Source: a bacterium
GTDB lineage: Bacteria > RBG-13-61-14 > DATKZS01
NCBI GenBank assembly: GCA_963674965.2
Contig: CAXXFL010000002.1
Location: forward strand, 448,001 to 512,000
DNA length: 64,000 nucleotides
Direction: 5' to 3'
The notes beneath the pieces are model-generated. The model searched no databases, was not told the DNA's origin, and worked only from the letters and a program-made list of their open reading frames with translations. Each line of letters opens with the position of its first letter. The stretch's first letter is position 1. Below, piece by piece: positions 1 through 9,314 of the stretch. The translations under genes and the position numbers were made by a program.

Positions 1-1056
1 CTCGAGCATGTAACCGTAGCCCCCGTGTATCTGGATGGCGTCAAGGGCAACCTGCTCGGCCGCCTCCGCCGCGTAAAGCACCGCCGCCGCCGCGACCTTG
101 TGTATTTGCGTTCCCTTGCCCCCGCGCGCCGAGCTTTGAGCCAGCACCGCCGCCTTGTGGACCATAAGCCGGGAAGTCTCGACTTTAACGTACATGTCGG
201 CCAGCTTGGCTTGAATCATCTGGAAGTTGGCTATCTTGCGCCCGAACTGCTCGCGCTCGAGCGCGTACCTTACGGAAAGATCAAGGCCTTGTTGGGCGAG
301 GCCGACGGGGCCGGCGGCGATGACCGTCCTTTCCACGTCCAGTCCGTGCATCATTACCGAGATACCCTGGTTTTCCTCGCCGAGGATATTCTCGGCCGGC
401 ACCCGGCAATCCTCAAGCGCTATCTCGCCGGTGGGGGAGCCGCGATGGCCCATCTTCTCGAGCTTGCGGCTGATGGTGAACCCCTCCGACTTGGCGTCCA
501 CGATAAAGGTGGTTACGCCCCGGGCCCCTCGCTCGGGCCGGGTCTTGGCGTGGACCAGGGCCACGTCGGCGATGGGAGCGTTGGTGATGAAGGTCTTGGC
601 CCCGTTCAGCGCGTAATGGTCGCCGTCCCGTCTCGCCGTCGTTCTTATTCCCACGGCGTCCGATCCCGACCCGGGCTCGGTCAGGCACATGCATCCGATC
701 CATTCGCCCGAGCATAATTTGGGGAGCCATTTCCTTTTTTGTTCCTCCTTGCCGTGGGCCTGGATGGCGTTGACGCAGAGGATGGCGTGGGCCAGCCATG
801 ACAGGCTCACCGAGGGGGACTGGCGCGACAATTCCTCCATGATGATGACGGAGGATAAAACGTCCATGCCGCCGCCCCCGTATTCCTCGGGAACGTTAGC
901 GCCCATGATGCCGAGTTCGCCCATCTTGGCCCAGACGCTCTCGGGTATTTTATCCTGGCGGTCGATCTCTTCAGCCAGGGGGCCAAGCTCCTTGTCCGAG
1001 AACCTGGCCATCATTTCATGGAGCATCCGGTGCTCCTCACTAAAGGAAAAATCCAT
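1..1056 (-). CDS. Acyl-CoA dehydrogenase (isovaleryl/butyryl-CoA DH-like), runs off window start
   Basis: Manual translation from ATG 1056 (RBS GGAGG at ~1063-1067 on minus): MDFSFSEEHRMLHEMM...CLTEPGSGSDA...LNGAKTFITN...REQFGRKIANFQ...IQIHGGYGY. Not in the ORF track because it is truncated. Confidence 0.93.
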   Translation of the reverse strand, partial: MDFSFSEEHRMLHEMMARFSDKELGPLAEEIDRQDKIPESVWAKMGELGIMGANVPEEYGGGGMDVLSSVIIMEELSRQSPSVSLSWLAHAILCVNAIQAHGKEEQKRKWLPKLCSGEWIGCMCLTEPGSGSDAVGIRTTARRDGDHYALNGAKTFITNAPIADVALVHAKTRPERGARGVTTFIVDAKSEGFTISRKLEKMGHRGSPTGEIALEDCRVPAENILGEENQGISVMMHGLDVERTVIAAGPVGLAQQGLDLSVRYALEREQFGRKIANFQMIQAKLADMYVKVETSRLMVHKAAVLAQSSARGGKGTQIHKVAAAAVLYAAEAAEQVALDAIQIHGGYGYMLE

Positions 1057-1388
1057 ACAACGCCTCCTATGAACATCATCTCGGCCGGAAAACACCGCGT
1101 GGGCGGGCGTCCGAAAACGACGGGAAGAAACCGGGCCTTCCATGTACATCCCGAGGAAGGCCGCGGACGCTCGCGCTCATCATAACATTTTTCATTGGAG
1201 TGGCAAAACCGGATTTTCCACGCCGGAAGGCCCCGGTCCTTTCCCGGCTCGGCGTCCCCGTTAGGCCTTCTTGCGCGGCAAAACCGGCCGGCCGTTTATG
1301 GGCGCAATTATGTAGTCCAGAGGCTCGCGTCCGCGGACGGGCTGTCCGCGCCTCTCCTGGACGCGGCTCCAAGCAAATGCGGCGAATA

Positions 1389-1913
1389 TCATGATTTCCT
1401 GATCTCGAATATATAGCCGCTCCGTGATTCTCCTCTCAGGAGCCGGTCATTCTCGATAAACGCGGTTTGCTTCATACCGGCTTTTTCCATGACTTTTTTC
1501 GACGCGTGGTTTTCCGAGTCGCACGAGGCATTGATGCTCTCGATACCCAGTGAGTTGAAGCCAAAATCGATGAGAGCGATGGCCGCCTCGGTGGCGTAGC
1601 CTTGGTTCTGGAAGTCGGGGTTGATGGAAAAACCCATGACCGCCTCACGGCCGCCGGCCTTTTTAAGGCGGACGGCGACGCCGCCGATAAGCCGGCCGTC
1701 GCCTTGCAGGATCACCGCCAATTCGTATTGCAGACGGGGAGCGCGGCGGTTGTTTTTCATGGCCCGGGCGATGAAATCCTTCGTGTCCTCAACCGAGTTG
1801 GGTCCCCATTCCTCGAACCTGGAAAAGCCGGGTATGGACGCGTAAAGATGAACGGCCTCCCAGTCGCTCTCCACGTACTCTCGAAGAATCAGTCTTTTCG
1901 TCTCGATCCGCAT
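1389..1913 (-). CDS. GNAT N-acetyltransferase, RimJ/RimL family
   Basis: IETKRLILRE N-terminus, FQNQGYATEA acetyl-CoA motif, NHASKKVMEKAGM. Confidence 0.88.
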   Translation of the reverse strand: MRIETKRLILREYVESDWEAVHLYASIPGFSRFEEWGPNSVEDTKDFIARAMKNNRRAPRLQYELAVILQGDGRLIGGVAVRLKKAGGREAVMGFSINPDFQNQGYATEAAIALIDFGFNSLGIESINASCDSENHASKKVMEKAGMKQTAFIENDRLLRGESRSGYIFEIRKS

Positions 1914-2135
1914 GATTGTATAAGGGTTAAAGTTTCAAGATGCAAATTAGCATGAGGCGTGGCGGAAGGAAAATTCTTGGCCTCGAATTCGACTCGTCGA
2001 TCCGCATGGTGGACTGGACGGGTTTGCCGGAAACCGTCCGGAGCCGGCGTAGCCGGACGGGTGAATGGTCAAGATGGCGGAGAACAATGAGACGCGGCCG
2101 CGAGAGAGGCGTGGCCCTGTACTTTCATTTTTATC

Positions 2136-2188
2136 TTGACAAAGGCTTTTAGTTTTAATATCGTAGCCGTTGTGATCAATCGATTGAT
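2136..2188 (+). promoter_or_regulatory. Sigma70-like promoter plus palindromic operator
   Basis: TTGACA (2136-2141), 17 bp, TATCGT (2159-2164); perfect palindrome ATCAATCGATTGAT at 2175-2188. Confidence 0.6.
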
Positions 2189-2315
2189 ATAATGGGCGGA
2201 GTAGCTTTATTACTCCAAAAAATGGAAGAACGAAAAATTAACCACCCGTTTTTTGAAGTAACTGACTATTACCGGCGGTTGGCGGAGAGAAGACAAGGCG
2301 TCAAGGAGGCGTTTG

Positions 2316-2999
2316 ATGGAAGGACAAACCAAGATTACCTGGGACTTTTTGCAGGCGGCCTACCGGGCGGGGGCGCTTGACGAGTTCCTGAGCGCGGCCC
2401 GGCCCCTGACCGACAAAAAGTACGATAACCAGGCGACCGTCTTCGCCGAGCTCGAGGACGCCGTCTTCGAGATGGAGGATTTTTCCTCCGTCGATGAGGT
2501 CCTCGACACGGCCTTCAAGCTGCTCCCGGAAATGACGGACCAGGAGGCCCTCGAGGGCTTGGCCATCATTTTGTCCCTTCTGAATCCTCTCATTAAATCC
2601 TTTATGGAGGGCATGGACCGCGACACGGAAGCGGTCGTCTCCATGAAGGACGAGCTGGCGGAAAAGGGACGGAAAGTGGCCAAGGCCCTGGCCATGCTGG
2701 GAAGCGTGGGCGCAAAGCAAGTGCTCGTCTCGAGCGGCGGTAAATCGCCCGCCGACCTGGGCAGGTCCATGGGCCGTGCCATCAACAAGACGACGGCCGC
2801 CTTCAATGAGCTAAGCCGCGACAACCCCCGGGCCGTCTCGGAATTCATGTCCGGCCTTTTCCGCGAGGTGGACGGGAAAGATATGCGGGCCATGACCGAG
2901 GCCTTGACCAACGGGTTCCTCGACCAGGACCCTCCAATCTTTAAATGGATCGCCGCCGCCCTGGTGGGCCGGGTCAAGCGGCGTCTTTTCAACAAGTGA
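2316..2999 (+). CDS. Hypothetical alpha-helical protein, first gene of the oxidoreductase operon
   Basis: RBS AAGGAGG at 2303-2309; ~227 aa ORF with host-like codon usage; 17 bp before the next start. Confidence 0.75.
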   Translation: MEGQTKITWDFLQAAYRAGALDEFLSAARPLTDKKYDNQATVFAELEDAVFEMEDFSSVDEVLDTAFKLLPEMTDQEALEGLAIILSLLNPLIKSFMEGMDRDTEAVVSMKDELAEKGRKVAKALAMLGSVGAKQVLVSSGGKSPADLGRSMGRAINKTTAAFNELSRDNPRAVSEFMSGLFREVDGKDMRAMTEALTNGFLDQDPPIFKWIAAALVGRVKRRLFNK

Positions 3000-3016
3000 C
3001 GGCAAAGGGGTTAACC

Positions 3017-4468
3017 ATGTCTTTGCAAAGCGAACTTGCGAAAATAGTGGGCGACGAGCGCGTCATTGGCGACGCCGAGGTCCTGGAGGGCTTTCGCGGC
3101 GATAAGAGCGGCGCCATGGGCGAGAAGCCCGAGCTGGCGGTCAAGCCCAGGGGCCTGGATGACGTGCAAAAGATCGTGAAGCTGGCCAACGACCTGGGCT
3201 TTACCCTCGTGCCGGTCTCCTCGCGAGGCGGACGATCGAGGGGCGGGGCGATCCCCCTTGCGGCCGGGTCGGTGATAATGGACCTGTCCGACATGCGCCG
3301 TATCATCCGGGTGGACAAGAGAAACAAGGTGGCCATGATCGAGCCGGGCGTCACCTACGGAGAGCTTCAAGAGGCGGTGGAAAAGGAGGGCCTTCGCCTC
3401 GAGGCCCCGCTGGCGCCGAGGGGTGACAAGTCGGTGCTGGCCGGACTTCTGGACCGCGAGCCCACCACCGGTCCCAAGTACAACTGGGACGCCATAGATC
3501 CTTTATGCTGCCTCGAGCTGGTCTTCGGGACGGGAGACCTTTTCCGCACTGGCAACGCCGCCGGTCCGGGCACGCTCGAGGAACAGTGGGCCGCGGGCCA
3601 GGCCCAGAAGGTGTCCATGGGCCCGGCCCAGACCGACGTGGGCAGGATGATCCAGGGAGCCCAGGGCACTCTCGGGATCGCGACCTGGGCCACCGTCAAG
3701 CTCGAGATCAAGCCGAGCGCGCAAAAGGGCTTCCTGGTGGGCTCGTCCTCCCTGGAGGGACTGATCGATTTCACCTATAAAATCCTCTGGCGCAAGCTTC
3801 CTGACCTCTGCCTGATACTCGACGCCGCCGGCATATCCGCCTTATACGGGGGCAAGGTGGAGCCGCCGCCCTGGACGCTGGTCTACACCATTTCGGGCCT
3901 CAAGTATTTCCCCGAGGAGCGGCTGGCCTTAATGGAGGAGGAACTGGCAAAGATAGCCTCGGAATACGGCGTGTCCCCCGATCGGCGCCTGGGCGGGATA
4001 TCCGCGGACAAGCTGGTCGAGATCGTCACGAGTTCCGGCCATGTACCTTATTGGAAAGACGCCAAAAGGGGAGGGCGTCTGGAGTTGTTTTTCCTTACCA
4101 CCATGGACAAGGCCCCCTCCTTCGTCAACGCCGTGGGCAAGGCGGCCGCGGGCATGGACTTTCCAGCCGATTGTCTAAGTACCTATCTCCAGCCCATCAG
4201 GCACGGGACCGGGTGTCACCTCGAGTTCGACTTCATGTACGACCCGTCGGACGAAGCCGAGACGGCTCGGGCGCGAGGACTTTTCGAGGAAGCCGGCAAG
4301 ACGTGCCTGGAGATGGGGGGCTTCTTTTCCCGTCCCTATTTGCCCTGGGCGAAAATGGTTTTTGAAAAGTGTCCGGACACGGTTACGGCGCTCAGGAAAC
4401 TGAAGGATATCTTCGATCCCGGCGGGGTGCTAAGTCCCGGCCGGCTTTGCTTCGGGAAGGGAGCTTGA
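3017..4468 (+). CDS. FAD-binding oxidoreductase (GlcD/VAO-PCMH family)
   Basis: Start MSLQSEL at 3017; PELAVKP..DDVQKIVKLAN, DLSDMRRII, EPGVTYGEL, GAQGTLGI, KDIFDPGGVLSPG. Confidence 0.88.
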   Translation: MSLQSELAKIVGDERVIGDAEVLEGFRGDKSGAMGEKPELAVKPRGLDDVQKIVKLANDLGFTLVPVSSRGGRSRGGAIPLAAGSVIMDLSDMRRIIRVDKRNKVAMIEPGVTYGELQEAVEKEGLRLEAPLAPRGDKSVLAGLLDREPTTGPKYNWDAIDPLCCLELVFGTGDLFRTGNAAGPGTLEEQWAAGQAQKVSMGPAQTDVGRMIQGAQGTLGIATWATVKLEIKPSAQKGFLVGSSSLEGLIDFTYKILWRKLPDLCLILDAAGISALYGGKVEPPPWTLVYTISGLKYFPEERLALMEEELAKIASEYGVSPDRRLGGISADKLVEIVTSSGHVPYWKDAKRGGRLELFFLTTMDKAPSFVNAVGKAAAGMDFPADCLSTYLQPIRHGTGCHLEFDFMYDPSDEAETARARGLFEEAGKTCLEMGGFFSRPYLPWAKMVFEKCPDTVTALRKLKDIFDPGGVLSPGRLCFGKGA

Positions 4469-4471
4469 GCC

Positions 4472-5740
4472 ATGCAGGATTTATCGGCGCTTAAAAACGA
4501 CATGGAGGGGTGCTCCCGCTGCTCCCTTTGCAAGTGGATACCCATGTCCCAGATCAAGAGCTGGAGGTTCGCCAAGGGCTGCCCGTCCGTGGAAAGGTAC
4601 AGCTTCCACGCCTATTCGGGCGGCGGCAGGATGATAGCCTCCAATTCCCTTTTGGAGGGCAGGTGCGAGATGGACGAGACCCTGATGGAGATCGTCTACA
4701 AGTGCCAGCTCTGCGGGGCCTGCCAGGTGTCATGCCAGGCCTATCGCGACGACATCGACCTGGCGGACGTGCTTTTGGCGCTTCGGGCCAGGTGCGTGAC
4801 CGAGGGTTATTTCCCGCCCGAGCACATGATGGTGATCGAGAGCATGAAAAAGGAGGACAACACCCTGGGCATGTTGAAAAGCGACCGGGGCCTCTGGATG
4901 GAGGGCCTGGATATTCCCGACGTGAACGAGCGGCCCGCCGAGGTCATGTTTCACGCGGGCTGCCGTTTCTCTTACGACCAGGACCTCAGGAAGTCCGTTC
5001 GGGACTGGGCGCTCCTTTTCATGAACGCGGGCGTGGACCTGGGCGTGGCGGGCAAGGAGGAGTCCTGCTGCGGCGGTCGGGCCTTCGAGATGGGCTACCA
5101 CGGCGAGATGATGAACTTCGCCGAGGACATGGCGGGCCGCGTCAAGTCCTCGGGGGCTGAGACTCTGGTGACTCCCTGCTCCGACTGTTATTACGCCTTT
5201 AAATACCTGTACCCGAAAAACGGGATCGACTTGGGAGTGAAAATACTGCACGCGGTCGAGTACGCGGACCTTCTTATCAAGGAGGGCAAAATAAGGCCGC
5301 GCCGCGACTTCCGCGCCCGCGTGACCTACCACGACCCGTGCCATCTTGGCCGGAGAGGAGAGATTTACAAGACGGGATGGGAGGGAGACAACAAGCTGCT
5401 CCGTCCCGTCAAGTTCAAGCAAATGGGCAACCAGGGGATATTCGACGCGCCTCGCGACGTGATCCGGTCCATACCCGGCGTCGAGTTGGTCGAGATGGAA
5501 AGGATTCGGGAATACGCTTGGTGCTGCGGGGCCGGCGGCGGAGTGCTCGAGGCCTTCCCCGACTTTGCCGAGTGGACCGCGGCGGACCGCCTCGAGGAGG
5601 CCATGTCCGCGGGGGCGGAGGCCATCGTAACGGCTTGCCCCTGGTGCGAGCGCCTGTTTAACGACGAGATCGGCAAGCGGGGCTTGAATCTGAAGGTCTA
5701 TGACGTGGCCGACCTCTTGGCCGCTTCCGTGGGAGGATGA
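4472..5740 (+). CDS. Fe-S oxidoreductase, GlcF/HdrD-like (4Fe-4S dicluster plus two CCG domains)
   Basis: CSRCSLC, CQLCGACQVSC, ESCCGG, TYHDPCHLGR, WCCGAGGG, TACPWC. Confidence 0.92.
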   Translation: MQDLSALKNDMEGCSRCSLCKWIPMSQIKSWRFAKGCPSVERYSFHAYSGGGRMIASNSLLEGRCEMDETLMEIVYKCQLCGACQVSCQAYRDDIDLADVLLALRARCVTEGYFPPEHMMVIESMKKEDNTLGMLKSDRGLWMEGLDIPDVNERPAEVMFHAGCRFSYDQDLRKSVRDWALLFMNAGVDLGVAGKEESCCGGRAFEMGYHGEMMNFAEDMAGRVKSSGAETLVTPCSDCYYAFKYLYPKNGIDLGVKILHAVEYADLLIKEGKIRPRRDFRARVTYHDPCHLGRRGEIYKTGWEGDNKLLRPVKFKQMGNQGIFDAPRDVIRSIPGVELVEMERIREYAWCCGAGGGVLEAFPDFAEWTAADRLEEAMSAGAEAIVTACPWCERLFNDEIGKRGLNLKVYDVADLLAASVGG

Positions 5741-5744
5741 AGCC

Positions 5745-7316
5745 GTGAAACTGGTACCAAAGGAAATGTACGCGGAATTGGAGGAGGCCGTTGGCAAGGA
5801 TTACGTTTCCCAGAATCCCGCCGTTCTTGACGGCTACGCCTGGCAGCCGATCTTCAGCCTGACCAGCCAGAAATGGATTCCCCGGCCGGCGGCGGTTGTG
5901 CTTCCCTCCACCACCGAGGAGGTCCAGGCCGCGGTCAGGGTTTGTAACAAATACAAGGTCAAGTTCAAGGCCCACAGCACGGGATGGGCCGCCTGGGGCG
6001 GACCCTCCGAGGAGGGCGAGCTGCAAATCGACCTTCGGCGCATGAATAAAATCATCGAGCTTGACGAGAAGAACAAGTTCGCCCTGGTCGAGCCCTACGT
6101 GTGCTGCGGCCAGCTTCAGGCCGAGGCCATGCGCAAGGGGCTCAACTGCCATATTATCGGCGCGGGCCCGAACACCTCGATCCTGGCCAGCACCACCTCG
6201 GCCTGGGGCTATGGCGGGACGGGTCTTTCAACCGGCTACGGGGGCCGGAACCCTCTCGGGATCGAGTGGGTCCTGCCCGACGGCGAGGTCCTGAAGGTCG
6301 GATCGCCCGGCTCGGAGGCGGGATGGTTCAGCGGCGACGGTCCCGGTCCCAGCCTGCGGGGAATGATGCGCGGCTTCGCCGGTACTCAAGGGTCTCTTGG
6401 CGTGTTCACCAAATGCGCCGTGAAGCTTTATCCGTGGTACGGCCCGAGAGAACCGAAGGTGACGGGAGTGCTTCTCGACGTGGACGCCGAGGTCCCGCCC
6501 ACGGAAAAGATGTTCTGGATCGCCGCTCCAAATTTTCAAAAGTACGCCGACCTCACCTACGAGATCGGAAACGCCGAGATAGCCTACTGGTTCTGCCGCA
6601 GCCCCCTCGGGGCCGGCGTCGAGCTTTTCACGCCCCGCGCCATGGAAAAGGTGTTCGGATCGAGCAACATGCGAAAGGTGCTGGACGTGTGCCAGCATCT
6701 GGGCGTGGCGCTTCTAAGCTCGGTGTCCGAGCGGGAGATCGCGTACCAGGAGAAGGTCCTGCGCAGGATCACCCTCGATCACGACTGTATTCTCATGGAC
6801 CTGACCAAGGTCCCGGGCTACGGCTTCTGGTGGTGGACCATGGGCGTCAGGTCCATATTGACGGCCCTCACCTTCAGGGCGGGCGGCGACTTCCTTACCA
6901 GCTACGGCAGCCCCATGGAATACGACAACGCCATGCGCCAGGGCGAGGTGGCGGTCGAGTGCAAAAAGAAATACATCGACCTCGGCTTCTTCAAGGACGA
7001 CAACTCGGACATCGGGTGGGGAGGAATTTACGAGGGCACGGCCAATTGGGGGCACCTCGAGATGGCGGCCATGTTCGACCGGCGCGACGGCAAGGCGGAA
7101 GGACGCGCCCAGTACCTCGAGGAGTCGGCCCGGACCACGGAGGAACACAACCTGGGAGTGGGTCTTTCCAATTTGCCCCCGGGCGCCTGGAAAGTCTACG
7201 GGCCCAAGATTCACAACTATCATTTGTGGCAGGCGAAAATCAAAAAGGCCCTCGATCCGAACGCAACGGCGGACTACGAGTGGTACGTGCCGCCCATAGA
7301 TCAGATCGAGGAATGA
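5745..7316 (+). CDS. FAD-binding oxidoreductase (GlcD/VAO-PCMH family), second paralog
   Basis: GTG 5745 after GGAGG; PAAVVLPSTTEEVQ, IDLRRMNKII, EWVLPDGEVL, GSLGVFTK, KKALDPN. Confidence 0.88.
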   Translation: MKLVPKEMYAELEEAVGKDYVSQNPAVLDGYAWQPIFSLTSQKWIPRPAAVVLPSTTEEVQAAVRVCNKYKVKFKAHSTGWAAWGGPSEEGELQIDLRRMNKIIELDEKNKFALVEPYVCCGQLQAEAMRKGLNCHIIGAGPNTSILASTTSAWGYGGTGLSTGYGGRNPLGIEWVLPDGEVLKVGSPGSEAGWFSGDGPGPSLRGMMRGFAGTQGSLGVFTKCAVKLYPWYGPREPKVTGVLLDVDAEVPPTEKMFWIAAPNFQKYADLTYEIGNAEIAYWFCRSPLGAGVELFTPRAMEKVFGSSNMRKVLDVCQHLGVALLSSVSEREIAYQEKVLRRITLDHDCILMDLTKVPGYGFWWWTMGVRSILTALTFRAGGDFLTSYGSPMEYDNAMRQGEVAVECKKKYIDLGFFKDDNSDIGWGGIYEGTANWGHLEMAAMFDRRDGKAEGRAQYLEESARTTEEHNLGVGLSNLPPGAWKVYGPKIHNYHLWQAKIKKALDPNATADYEWYVPPIDQIEE

Positions 7317-7450
7317 ACGGCCTAGGGGCAATTTTTACGTAACATGCAGGATAGGGAGCGCGACATGCCCCTGAAATATCAGGCCGCATAAGAGCTCAAA
7401 CCTGACTCGCCAGGGCCCGAGGAAGCCGCGTAAGGACGTCCGGGCCTTCC

Positions 7451-7488
7451 CCTGACCATGTCCATTAAATCAAATGAACATGGTCAGG
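7451..7488. terminator. Stem-loop downstream of the oxidoreductase operon
   Basis: CCTGACCATGTCCATT ... AATGAACATGGTCAGG, 15/16 inverted match; no clear U-tract. Confidence 0.4.
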
Positions 7489-7511
7489 AGACCTGGCGAT
7501 ATATCTATTTA

Positions 7512-9275
7512 GTTCCAGTTGCGTAACTAGAAAAAGCCAATAAAAACAATGTGCTGTAAGCATTTTTCGCTTCCCTTTTTGGTCTTGTTATGATACAATA
7601 ACTCCTTGAAAAATCAAGGATTGACTTGCCGGGATGCTGTGAAGGGGGCGAAAAATGCGACCGAAAATTAAAATGCAAATGACCATTGAAGACCACGAAT
7701 TTTTGAAAGCGGGCCATCTTTTCAAACAAGACACTGAGCTTGAGAAGATGAGCATAGCGCTCGACGAGGCCAAGGAAATTCTGGAAGCTGTTGCCGATGA
7801 TCTCCAAAGCGGACTCAAGGAGACCGGCGCCGAGGGGATGAGCGTCGAGCAGGTCCTTAGGAGCGCGGTCATCTATCAACTCAAGTGTTATTCCTACCGG
7901 GAACTCGGCGACCGCCTCGGTTCCGATTACAATTTCCGCAAGTTCACCAGGTTCTTCGGGCGGGACATTCCCCATTTCAGCAGCCTGGAGCGGGCGATAA
8001 AACGCATCCGCCCCGAGACCTGGGAGCGGATCAACGAAATGCTCGTGGCCCTGGCCATTAAAAAAAAAGTAGAAGACGGCGAGGCGGTCCGCGCTGACAC
8101 CGCGGTGGCCGAGGCCAACATCCACTATCCGACCGACGCTTCGCTTCTTTTTGACAGCATCCGTGTATTGGACCGGTTGATGAAAGGAGCGCGGAAGGAG
8201 CTGCCGGGTCTCGGGTTCGAATATCATGACCGGACTCGGCGGGCCAAGAAGCGCGCTTACCAGATCGCCATGGGCAAAGGCAAAGGGATCGAGAAGAAAC
8301 GGGCGGTCTGGTACCGGGACCTTCTCAAGGTTTCGGCGGAAATCTTGGCCATGGCCCGCTCGGCGCGGGAGGCGCTGGACGAGGCCCTTAAAGGCGGAGA
8401 GCTTTATTTCAGCGATGCGGGCCTGGCAACCATGATCAAGAGCGAACTCGATCATTACCTGCCGCTTTCTGAGCAGTGCGTCGAGCAGTGCGAGCGGCGG
8501 GTTATAAAAGGCGAGAAGGTTCCCGCGCAAGAGAAGGTGGTTTCCGTTTTCGAGCCGCACGTTGATATCATCCGGAGAGGCAAGACCATGAGCCCGACCG
8601 AGTTCGGTCACAAGGTGATGGCGGCGACGGGAAGGTCGGGGATTGTGCTTCAATATAAAGTGTGCGAGGGCAACCCTTCCGACGCCGACCTTTTCGAGGA
8701 CATTTTGCAAAAACACGTCCGCCTGTTCGGCAAGGCTCCACGCGAGTTTACCGGCGACCGCCGCTTCTATCATGAGGACAATGAGAAGCTTGCGACCGAA
8801 GGTCCTTATTATATCGAGCGCCTGGCCATTCCCAAGCCCGGCAAAAGGAGTTCGGAGCGGATCGAGCACGAGCGTCAGCGCTGGTTCAAGAAGCTTCTTC
8901 GCTTCCGGGCCGGGATCGAGGGCGGCCTTTCCGCCCTTCTTCGCGGCTTCGGTCTGAGCCGATGCCTGTGGAGAGGTTTCGAGAGCTTCAAGTCCTGGGT
9001 GGGTCTTTCGTTCTTTGCCTGGAACCTTCGAAAACTCGCGCTGCTGACTTAGCCGCCGCCGGGCGCGCCCCTGTGGGGGCAATGAAAAACGGAAATGAAA
9101 AACAGCAAAAGGAGAGGTGTTTTTTGAAAGGATAGAAAAGGGCCGGCTCAGGCATTCAACTCGCCTGAAAGCGTTAAAATCTTTTCCGTCCTTTATGGAC
9201 GCCCTGAAAATCTGCATGTCCATATCCTCTCCGCACCGCATAATGAAAGCCATTAAGCAGTTGTGCAACAGAAAC
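7512..9275 (+). mobile_element. Insertion sequence, ISNCY (ISDol1-like)/IS5-related DDE type, 1764 bp
   Basis: Imperfect terminal IRs GTTCCAGTTGCGTAACTA (7512-) and revcomp of the right end GTTTCTGTTGCACAACTG (-9275), 13/18; flanking 6-bp direct repeat TATTTA at 7506-7511 and 9276-9281. Confidence 0.85.
7655..9052 (+). CDS. DDE transposase (ISNCY family-like)
   Basis: Motifs RADTAVAEANIHYPTDASLL, KVVSVFEPH, EFGHK, GDRRF, RAGIEGGLSALLRGFGLSRC. Confidence 0.92.
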   Translation: MRPKIKMQMTIEDHEFLKAGHLFKQDTELEKMSIALDEAKEILEAVADDLQSGLKETGAEGMSVEQVLRSAVIYQLKCYSYRELGDRLGSDYNFRKFTRFFGRDIPHFSSLERAIKRIRPETWERINEMLVALAIKKKVEDGEAVRADTAVAEANIHYPTDASLLFDSIRVLDRLMKGARKELPGLGFEYHDRTRRAKKRAYQIAMGKGKGIEKKRAVWYRDLLKVSAEILAMARSAREALDEALKGGELYFSDAGLATMIKSELDHYLPLSEQCVEQCERRVIKGEKVPAQEKVVSVFEPHVDIIRRGKTMSPTEFGHKVMAATGRSGIVLQYKVCEGNPSDADLFEDILQKHVRLFGKAPREFTGDRRFYHEDNEKLATEGPYYIERLAIPKPGKRSSERIEHERQRWFKKLLRFRAGIEGGLSALLRGFGLSRCLWRGFESFKSWVGLSFFAWNLRKLALLT

Positions 9276-9314
9276 TATTTAATGTGAATTGACTACTTCT
9301 TCCACTTTTTCCAA

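Noticed and set aside
7505-9268. 587-aa minus-strand ORF spanning the entire IS
   Set aside because: Antisense shadow of the transposase, with no recognisable motifs or RBS
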